From the NCBI GenBank assembly GCA_943788515.1, contig CALSQM010000001.1, positions 64,501 through 128,500 of the forward strand: 64,000 bases of DNA, in the 5' to 3' direction. The stretch is from an uncultured SAR86 cluster bacterium. Its GTDB lineage: Bacteria; Pseudomonadota; Gammaproteobacteria; Magnimaribacterales; D2472. A program made the translations under genes and the position numbers. The notes beneath the pieces are model-generated. The model was not told the DNA's origin. It was given only the letters and a program-made list of their open reading frames with translations, and did no database searches. Of this stretch, positions 56,695-64,000 are shown one piece after another (within the stretch, counting starts at the first letter, position 1; each line of letters opens with the position of its first letter).

Positions 56695-57770
56695 TGCGTA
56701 AGTGGAATTTCTGCGCAGGCCCTGCTGTAATATGCGAAGAAGTTCTAACCGAGGTTAAGGAAGAACTTTTAGAATGGGGTGACTCGGGCATGTCTATTAT
56801 GGAGATGAGTCATCGATCGGAAATTTATGATATTGTTGCAACAGAAGCAAAGCAAGATTTTATAGAAATCTTAAAAATACCAGATTCTCATGAAGTTTTA
56901 TTTCTTCAGGGTGGAGCTACCCATCAATTTTCCATGGTTCCAATGAACTTTGGAAGAAAAGATGTTGCAGCTAGTTATGTTCTTTCTGGATCATGGTCAA
57001 AAAAGGCAATAGCCGAAGGCTCCAAGATAACAAACATTAATACCATAGCCTCTTCTGAAGACACGCAGTTTAGTTATGCTCCAAATCCAGATATATGGGA
57101 AATGGAACCAAACTCTTCTTATACTCATTATTGTCCAAATGAAACAATTCAAGGTGTAGCAATACACTCACCCCCGAAGACGGCTAATACACTTATTGCT
57201 GATATGTCATCTGTAATACTAAGTGAGCCCATTGATGTATCAAATTTTTCTTTAATTTATGCGGGTGCTCAAAAAAATATTGGTCCTGCAGGATTGACCA
57301 TGGTGGTAATTGAAAAAGAACTCATGGGTAGAGAAAATGAAAGTCTGCCAAATATTCTTAGATATTCAAAGCATTCAGAATCAGATTCAATGCTTAACAC
57401 ACCTCCAACTTTCGCATGGTATATGGCTGGAAAAGTGTTCAAATGGATTAAGAGGTCAGGCGGTTTAGATCATTTTAAAAAACAGAATCACTTAAAGGCA
57501 TCAACTTTATACGAATACATAGACAATTCTGGTTTTTATAAAAACCCAGTTCAAGTAGAGAATAGATCTATTATGAATATTCCATTTATTCTTGCTGATA
57601 GCAATCTTGACGCTTTGTTTTTGAAAGAGTCTGAGGAGGCCGGATTACTTAATTTGAAAGGTCATAGGTCAGTTGGCGGAATGAGAGCTAGTATATATAA
57701 TGCTATGCCAATAGAGGGTATAAATCAGCTTATAGACTTCATGGAAGGTTTTAAAGCAAAATATGGCTAA
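56694..57770 (+). CDS. serC: phosphoserine aminotransferase
   Basis: 358 aa. GTG start overlaps the gyrA stop (TAGTG). NFCAGPA, GGATHQF, AQKNIGPAG. Confidence 0.95.
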   Translation: MRKWNFCAGPAVICEEVLTEVKEELLEWGDSGMSIMEMSHRSEIYDIVATEAKQDFIEILKIPDSHEVLFLQGGATHQFSMVPMNFGRKDVAASYVLSGSWSKKAIAEGSKITNINTIASSEDTQFSYAPNPDIWEMEPNSSYTHYCPNETIQGVAIHSPPKTANTLIADMSSVILSEPIDVSNFSLIYAGAQKNIGPAGLTMVVIEKELMGRENESLPNILRYSKHSESDSMLNTPPTFAWYMAGKVFKWIKRSGGLDHFKKQNHLKASTLYEYIDNSGFYKNPVQVENRSIMNIPFILADSNLDALFLKESEEAGLLNLKGHRSVGGMRASIYNAMPIEGINQLIDFMEGFKAKYG

Positions 57771-57772
57771 AA

Positions 57773-58861
57773 ATGACTATAAATAAATTAAAAAACCTAA
57801 GATCTAAAATAGATAAAATAGATAAAGATTTATTAAAATTAATTCAGAAGCGTGCATCTTTAGCCGTAGACATTGGTAAAATCAAATCAAAAATCAGTCC
57901 AAATACCTCATTCTATAAGCCAGATAGAGAAGCTAATATATTAAGAAATATCCTCAAAGCAAATGAGGATGGTGCCTTATCGAATACAAAGGTAAGAAGT
58001 ATATATAAGGAATTAATTTCAGGATGTCTTTCGTTAGAAGAGGCATTAAAAATTTCTTATTTAGGCCCAGAAGGAACTCACTCTGAGGCTGCAGTTGATA
58101 ATCATTTTGGTGCATTAGTATCAAGAGTGCCATCATCAACTATTGATGATGTGTTCTATCAAGTTATTAAAGGAGACACAGACATTGGTGTTGTACCAGT
58201 TGAGAATTCATCTGAGGGAGTAATTAATACGACCTTAAATTGTCTAGCTGATAATGAAAATATTTCAATTATTGGTGAAATTTATTTAAATATAGATCAT
58301 CAGCTTGCTTCGGGTAATAAATTTGATATCAAGGATGCTTTTGCAATAGCATCACACCCACAAGCTTTAGGGCAATGTAGTAAATGGATAGAAAAAAATA
58401 TTGGATCCATTAAAAGACTGGAAATGCCTAGTTCAGCGGTGGCTGCAAAGTATGCCAAAGAAAATAAAAATATTCTCTGTATCGTTAACTCATTGGCTGT
58501 AGAAAAATATAAGCTCAAACTCCAAAAAAGTAATATTCAAGATTATTCAGGTAATAAAACTCGGTTTTTGGTAATAGGCCAGAATGAAATTTTATCTACA
58601 GGTAAAGACAAGACCTCTTTCCTTATCCAAACTGTTAACAACCCTGGAGCCTTAATAAATATTTTAAAGCCATTTGAAAAAAGAAAGATTAACTTGAGTA
58701 AAATTGAAACTAGACCCTCAAGAGGGAACATTGATTCTCATGATTTTTTTGTAGACTGCGAAGGGCATCAGCTTGATGCTAAGCTGAAGCTTGCTATTAA
58801 AGAGGTTCGATCAACAGGCTCGCTTGTAAGAGTTCTTGGATCATATCCTCAATACATATGA
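57773..58861 (+). CDS. pheA: bifunctional chorismate mutase / prephenate dehydratase
   Basis: 362 aa. CM domain (LRSKIDKIDKDLLKLIQKRA), PDT domain (YLGPEGTHSE, VPVENSSEG), ACT domain (TRPS). Confidence 0.95.
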   Translation: MTINKLKNLRSKIDKIDKDLLKLIQKRASLAVDIGKIKSKISPNTSFYKPDREANILRNILKANEDGALSNTKVRSIYKELISGCLSLEEALKISYLGPEGTHSEAAVDNHFGALVSRVPSSTIDDVFYQVIKGDTDIGVVPVENSSEGVINTTLNCLADNENISIIGEIYLNIDHQLASGNKFDIKDAFAIASHPQALGQCSKWIEKNIGSIKRLEMPSSAVAAKYAKENKNILCIVNSLAVEKYKLKLQKSNIQDYSGNKTRFLVIGQNEILSTGKDKTSFLIQTVNNPGALINILKPFEKRKINLSKIETRPSRGNIDSHDFFVDCEGHQLDAKLKLAIKEVRSTGSLVRVLGSYPQYI

Positions 58862-59952
58862 GCGATCTTTTTGATTATTTAAATGAAGGTATCTCAGACC
58901 TTCATCCTTACGAGCCAGGAAGGTCGATAGAAGATGTTATCGTAGAATATCAACCAGAAAAAATTGTTAAATTAGCTAGTAATGAGAATCCTCTTGGGCC
59001 ATCACCTAAGGCTGTTGAGGTTCTAAAACTTCACAATGATGATTTGCATTTATATCCTGATGGGGATTCAAAAAAGCTTAAAGCTTTAATTGCAAAACAT
59101 GAGTCTTTAGATGTTAGTAATATCATTATTGGAAATGGTTCTAATGAGGTTCTCGAGTTGGCTGCAAGAGCTTTTTTAAACAAAGATACGAGCGCTTTAA
59201 TGTCAAAACATGCATTTGCTGTCTACAAGATAGTGACTCAATCCAATGGATCAAAAATTATTGAAGTTCCAACTATAGATTGGAGTCATGCGCTTAATGA
59301 CTTTTCAAATTATATCGAAGACTCTACAAGAATTTGTTTCGTTGCTAACCCAAATAATCCAACAGGTACCTACAATAGTCATGATGAATTTAAATCTATG
59401 ATGAATGCAATTCCATCATCTATTTTAGTCATTCTTGATCTTGCCTATTTCGAATATGTTACTGAACAAGATTATGTGAGAGTAAACGAACTACTAGATA
59501 ATTATTCAAATTTATTAGTTACAAAAACTTTTTCAAAGATCCAGGGTTTAGCCAGCCTTAGGATTGGATATGGCCTGGCAAATAAAAAATTGATAGAAGT
59601 ATTAAATAAAATAAGACAGCCTTTTAACTCCAATGCCATTGCTCAAGATGCTGCTTGTCTAGCAATCCTTGATCATGACCATATTACTAAAAGTATTGAA
59701 TTAAACTCTCAACAAAGAGACTACTTAACAAATAAGTTAAATGATATGGGAATGGAATGCATTCCTTCTCATGGAAACTTTATCTCCTTTAAAGGAAACT
59801 TTAAGGCTGATAAATTATTTATAGACCTGATGAAAGAAGGAGTAATTGTTCGTCCAATTGCCTTATATGACATGCCTGAATTTATTAGGGTGACAGTTGG
59901 GACCAAGGCTGAAAATGATTATTTCCTTTTAAAACTTGGTCAGGTTTTATGA
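58858..59952 (+). CDS. hisC: histidinol-phosphate (aromatic) aminotransferase
   Basis: 364 aa. KLASNENPLGPSP, NPNNPTG, TFSKIQGLASLRIGY. Confidence 0.9.
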   Translation: MSDLFDYLNEGISDLHPYEPGRSIEDVIVEYQPEKIVKLASNENPLGPSPKAVEVLKLHNDDLHLYPDGDSKKLKALIAKHESLDVSNIIIGNGSNEVLELAARAFLNKDTSALMSKHAFAVYKIVTQSNGSKIIEVPTIDWSHALNDFSNYIEDSTRICFVANPNNPTGTYNSHDEFKSMMNAIPSSILVILDLAYFEYVTEQDYVRVNELLDNYSNLLVTKTFSKIQGLASLRIGYGLANKKLIEVLNKIRQPFNSNAIAQDAACLAILDHDHITKSIELNSQQRDYLTNKLNDMGMECIPSHGNFISFKGNFKADKLFIDLMKEGVIVRPIALYDMPEFIRVTVGTKAENDYFLLKLGQVL

Positions 59953-60821
59953 ATACTAATGTTAAAGAAATACTAGTAATTGGTCTAGGCTTAATCGGTT
60001 CCTCCATTGCTAAGGTTTCTAGGGAAAAGGGAATAAAAGTTCATGGCTTTGATATTAATGAAGATAGTATTAAGCATGCATTAGAAAAAAATATTATTGA
60101 TGAGAGCTTTGGTTCAATAGAAGAGATAAATAATAAAAATCTAGCATCTTATATAGATCTCATAGTCATTGCAGTATCACCAGAAGCTACAAAAAATATA
60201 GTTAATGGAATTGAAAATCTCTGGAATTCTGATGTAACAATTACAGACACGGCAAGTGTAAAAGCTCATCTTCTTTTTAAAGATATTTCTAATTTAGTCT
60301 TATCTCATCCGATAGCTGGCTCAGATAAGTCAGGGATATTGGGCGCTGATGAAAATCTTTTTACAGGAAAGAAGACTGTAATATGCAATCCATTTAATGC
60401 TGAAAGATCTCATACTCAAAGATTGGAAGATTTTTGGAAGTTTGTTATGCAGATGAGAGTCTCTGAAATGTCAGTTAAAGATCATGATCTTATGTTTGCA
60501 ATGACAAGCCATTTGCCACATTTAATATCATATGCCTTAATCGACTCTATCAGATTGTCACCAAAAGATGTTAAAGATAACGTTGGGGGTGGTTTAAAAG
60601 AATTTATTAGATTAAGTGGTTCTAATCCAGAGATGTGGAGAGATATTTTTGAATTGAATGATAAAAATATTATTAAATCATTAGCAAGCTTCCAACTTTC
60701 TATTAACAACTTGTTAGAGTTAATGACAAAGACTAAAGAGCTCCCAGAAATATTTTCTCATTCAGATTTGCTAAAGAAAGAGCTAGAAGATATTAAAAAA
60801 TATAAAGAAGATACCTTTTGA
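59949..60821 (+). CDS. tyrA: prephenate dehydrogenase
   Basis: 290 aa. Rossmann VIGLGLIGSS, SHPIAGS, SHLPHL. Immediately precedes aroA; the two are fused in Pseudomonas. Confidence 0.85.
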   Translation: MNTNVKEILVIGLGLIGSSIAKVSREKGIKVHGFDINEDSIKHALEKNIIDESFGSIEEINNKNLASYIDLIVIAVSPEATKNIVNGIENLWNSDVTITDTASVKAHLLFKDISNLVLSHPIAGSDKSGILGADENLFTGKKTVICNPFNAERSHTQRLEDFWKFVMQMRVSEMSVKDHDLMFAMTSHLPHLISYALIDSIRLSPKDVKDNVGGGLKEFIRLSGSNPEMWRDIFELNDKNIIKSLASFQLSINNLLELMTKTKELPEIFSHSDLLKKELEDIKKYKEDTF

Positions 60822-62128
60822 ATCTTTTGGCCAAAAGTAACTCGATTCTATCCGGCGAGGTTCTATGCCCAGGAGATAAATCAATCTCCCAGAGAATTGT
60901 TATCATTGGTTCATTAATTAATGAAGATTTGTCCATTAAAGGTTTTCTTAATGGAGAAGACCCAATATCCACAGCTTCGGCTTTAAATGCAATAGGTTCT
61001 TCAATAAATATGAGCGGAACTGATGTAGTAATTTTAAAAAGGGATGTGCCATTTATTTCACCAGAATTTGACATAGATTTAGGAAACTCTGGAACAGGCA
61101 TTAGATTGTTAATGGGCTTGATATCAAGTTTAGATATTAATGCCACCCTTGTTGGTGATGAATCATTATCGAAAAGACCTATGCTCAGAGTCGCTAACCC
61201 CTTAAATGAAATGGGTGCTAAAGTTGTATGCACAAATGGCAAACCGCCAGTAAAAATAGAAAAGGGTAATATCAAAGATAATTTTTTATATGACATGCCT
61301 GTGGCAAGTGCCCAAGTAAAGTCATCCATAATTTTATCAGCCTTAGCAGCCAATAAAAAAGTTACTGTCATTGAAGAACACCCAACCAGAAACCATACAG
61401 AAAGAATGATTAATTATTTTGGTGGAAATATTGAGCATACAAAAAAAGACTCAGGTAACATTGTTACACTGCATGAACCAAAACTTACCAGCAGGTCATC
61501 CTATGAGGTTGTTGGAGACTTTTCATCAGCAGCTTTTTTGATAGTGGCAGGGGTTATTGCAAAAGAATCCAACATCCTAATAAAGAATGTAGGCTTAAAT
61601 CCAACCAGATGTGGATTAATTAAAGTTCTCCAATCAATGGGCGCAAATATAGAAATATTAAATCAATCAATGATTTGCAATGAAGAGGTTGGAGACATAT
61701 CTGTTAAATCTTCTAAACTTAAGGGCATAGATGTTGGTGGAGACATAATTCCTAATATTATCGATGAAATACCAATTCTAAGTATTGCTGCCTCATTTGC
61801 AGAAGGAATAACCACTATTAAGGATGCAGAAGAGTTGCGAGTAAAAGAATCAGATCGTCTTGCGGCAATCTCTGGCGGTCTCGAACAAATAGGTATCAAA
61901 CATGAATTGTTTGATGATGGTATTAAAATTCAAGGTAAGAGCGATAACATCTCAGCATGTGTAGAAATCGACTCTTTTGGAGATCACAGAATAGCAATGA
62001 GTTTCTTGGTTGCAAGCTTAAGGTCTGAAAACGGCATATTTGTTAAGAATTGTAAAAATATATTTACCTCATTCCCAGGTTTTTTAGAAACCATGAATCA
62101 TTTAGGAATATACGTAAATGAAGCTTAA
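60818..62128 (+). CDS. aroA: 3-phosphoshikimate 1-carboxyvinyltransferase (EPSP synthase)
   Basis: 436 aa, TTG start. PGDKSISQR, LGNSGTGIRLL, RPM, KESDRL, GDHRIAMS. Confidence 0.95.
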   Translation: MNLLAKSNSILSGEVLCPGDKSISQRIVIIGSLINEDLSIKGFLNGEDPISTASALNAIGSSINMSGTDVVILKRDVPFISPEFDIDLGNSGTGIRLLMGLISSLDINATLVGDESLSKRPMLRVANPLNEMGAKVVCTNGKPPVKIEKGNIKDNFLYDMPVASAQVKSSIILSALAANKKVTVIEEHPTRNHTERMINYFGGNIEHTKKDSGNIVTLHEPKLTSRSSYEVVGDFSSAAFLIVAGVIAKESNILIKNVGLNPTRCGLIKVLQSMGANIEILNQSMICNEEVGDISVKSSKLKGIDVGGDIIPNIIDEIPILSIAASFAEGITTIKDAEELRVKESDRLAAISGGLEQIGIKHELFDDGIKIQGKSDNISACVEIDSFGDHRIAMSFLVASLRSENGIFVKNCKNIFTSFPGFLETMNHLGIYVNEA

Positions 62129-62777
62129 TATCATTACGATTGATGGTCCTTCTGCTTCTGGTAAAGGCTCTTTATCAAGAAATTTAGCTAAGTATTTAGA
62201 TTTTAATATCCTTGATAGCGGCCTGCTTTACAGAATTTATGCTTATTTATTTAGTATTAGTGATAATCATGATGAGGTAAAAGAAATGATGAGTAAGCAT
62301 ATATCATTTCTTTCTGATGACGATGGCATAAAAGTTTTAAAAGATAAAAATGATATAACTATAGAGCTCAGAAAAGAAACAACAGCAAAAACTGCCTCCC
62401 AAATAAGTGCACTAGAAGTCACAAGAAATAATTTAATAGATATTCAAAGAGGCTTTTACTCAGATAGAGGCTTGGTTGCTGATGGAAGAGACATGGGAAC
62501 CGTGGTCTTTCCCGAAGCAAGATTAAAAATATTTCTTGAGGCATCTGCAGAAGTAAGAGCAAAAAGAAGATATTTAGAGTTGCAGAATCGTGGACAAGAA
62601 GTTAATATGCCCGATCTGATTGCAGACATTGAGAGTAGAGATTTTAAGGATAGAACAAGAACAATATCCCCATTAATACCTGCTGAAGATTCAATAGTAA
62701 TTGATTCCTCTAACATGTCTCTTGATGAAGTACTGAGTTTTACTAAAAAACTCACAAAAAAGGAATTTAATAAATGA
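62118..62777 (+). CDS. cmk: (d)CMP kinase
   Basis: 219 aa. ITIDGPSASGKGS, DSGLLYR, GRDMGTVVFP. Confidence 0.9.
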   Translation: MKLNIITIDGPSASGKGSLSRNLAKYLDFNILDSGLLYRIYAYLFSISDNHDEVKEMMSKHISFLSDDDGIKVLKDKNDITIELRKETTAKTASQISALEVTRNNLIDIQRGFYSDRGLVADGRDMGTVVFPEARLKIFLEASAEVRAKRRYLELQNRGQEVNMPDLIADIESRDFKDRTRTISPLIPAEDSIVIDSSNMSLDEVLSFTKKLTKKEFNK

Positions 62778-64000
62778 CAGAATCATTTGCAGCTTTACTA
62801 GATGAAAGTTTAAGCACACTAGATATGCAACCTGGATCAATAGTATCCGGAGTTGTATTAGACGTAGATAACGACTGGGTAACAGTCCATGTAGGATTAA
62901 AATCAGAAGGAGTAGTATCTCTTGATGAATTTAGAAATAATGAAGGAGAGGTAAGCATCGTCGTTGGCGATGAGGTAGAAGTTGCTCTAGAAGCCGTTGA
63001 AGACGGTTATGGAGAGACAAGGATTTCAAGAGAAAAGGCAAGAAAAATTTCAACCTGGAAAATGCTTGAAGAGGCACTAGAAACAGGAGAGTTTGTTACT
63101 GGAAAAATTCATAACAGAGTTAAAGGTGGATTCGCAGTAGAGGTAGAAGTTGTTAAAGCATTCCTACCAGGATCGCTAGTTGATGTGAGACCTTTAAAAG
63201 AGGCTCCAGACATTGAAAATACAGTACAAGAGTTCAAAGTAATTAAGCTTGATTACAAAAGAAATAATGTTGTTCTATCAAGAAAAGCTGTTTTAGAAAA
63301 AAATAATTCAGCTGTTAAAGTTGAGTTACTTAAAAATCTAGAAGAAGGCCAGATTGTTAGAGGTGTTGTTAAAAACATTACTGATTACGGCGCTTTCGTA
63401 GACTCTAGGTGGACTTGATGGTTTACTTCACATTACAGATATATCTTGGTCAAGAGTTACAAATCCAGCTGAATTCTTAAGTCTTGGCGATGAGATTGAC
63501 GTTAAGATTTTAAGTTTTGATAAAGAAAAACTTAGAGTTTCTTTAGGTTTAAAACAAATTCAAAATGATCCTTGGGAAAATGTTGAAAGTAACTATGCTG
63601 TTGGTGGTGTTTATGAGGCTTCAGTTTCAAATATTACTGACTACGGCTGTTTTGCTCAATTAGAAGAAGGTATAGAAGGCCTTATTCATCTATCAGAGCT
63701 TGATTGGACTAGCAAAAATATTCATCCTTCAAAAGTTGTAGAGATGGAGCAAAAGATTAAAGTTATGATTCTTGAAATTGATCATGATAAAAGAAGAATA
63801 TCTTTAGGTCTTAAGCAGACTAAAGCTAATCCATGGACAGAATTCTCTAATAAATATGGTATCGGCGATAAAGTTGATGGGCATATTAAATCAATAACAG
63901 ATTTTGGAATCTTTGTTGGCTTAGAGGGTGATATCGATGGATTAATTCACCTTTCTGATATTTCTGATGATGATGATCCAAAAGATGCATTAGAAGAATA
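62774..64000 (+). CDS. rpsA: 30S ribosomal protein S1 (3' end beyond window), apparent 1-nt frameshift
   Basis: ORF 62774-63418 encodes S1 repeats up to ...[13 protein letters not shown]. The +1 frame then continues [18 protein letters not shown]... with further S1 domains, open to base 64000. Removing base 63404 restores [17 protein letters not shown] (E. coli has [17 protein letters not shown]). Confidence 0.95.

Noticed and set aside
60793-61371. 192-aa ORF antisense to aroA, plus many other 60-110-aa ORFs in the track (e.g. 1257-1451, 4799-5020, 5825-6082, 25804-26130, 40787-41098, 41756-42067, 50486-50809, 62456-62755)
   Set aside because: All lie entirely inside, and antisense or out of frame to, strongly supported conserved genes. 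Their compositions are low-complexity and typical of shadow ORFs in AT-rich DNA. No recognisable motifs.

Overview
AT-rich (about one-third G+C by eye), very gene-dense chromosomal segment of a gammaproteobacterium with a streamlined genome. I count about 60 protein genes. I found no rRNA, tRNA, CRISPR array, transposase or integrase gene. Nearly all genes are core metabolism or information processing. Several blocks follow the gene order known from Pseudomonas-type gammaproteobacteria: ubiG-gph-SDR; gyrA-serC-pheA-hisC-tyrA-aroA-cmk-rpsA; miaA-hflK-hflC-purA; glyA-nrdR-ribD-ribBA-ribH-nusB; xseB-ispA-dxs; aroK-aroB/gltB/gltD-hemE. Points worth a second look: (1) An orphan phage-lambda-type O/P-like replication (helicase-loader) gene pair at 43778-45149 sits between aroG and an RND efflux operon with no other phage genes, and carries an iteron-like tandem repeat. 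This is my best candidate for undescribed biology, held with moderate confidence. (2) Ten conserved genes (cobT, gltD, nth, thiolase, pgpA, RND pump, alkA-like, pntAA, rpsA, plus miaA lacking a start codon) are broken by single-base defects. Nine of the ten behave as one extra base, so draft-assembly indel errors are more likely than pseudogenisation. (3) There are local rearrangements relative to canonical synteny. gltB alone is inverted, with an integrase-arm-like extension fused to GltD at the breakpoint. A roughly 7 kb inversion separates nusB from thiL-pgpA. hfq-hflX are missing between miaA and hflK. (4) All seven convergent gene pairs overlap at their 3' ends, leaving no room for intergenic terminators. 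(5) An LPS-core neighbourhood holds an uncharacterised GT4 / methyltransferase / prenyltransferase-repeat trio. (6) A CobS/CobT-like AAA+/vWA pair has no other cob genes in view. I see no clear defence island, secondary-metabolite cluster or mobile element.
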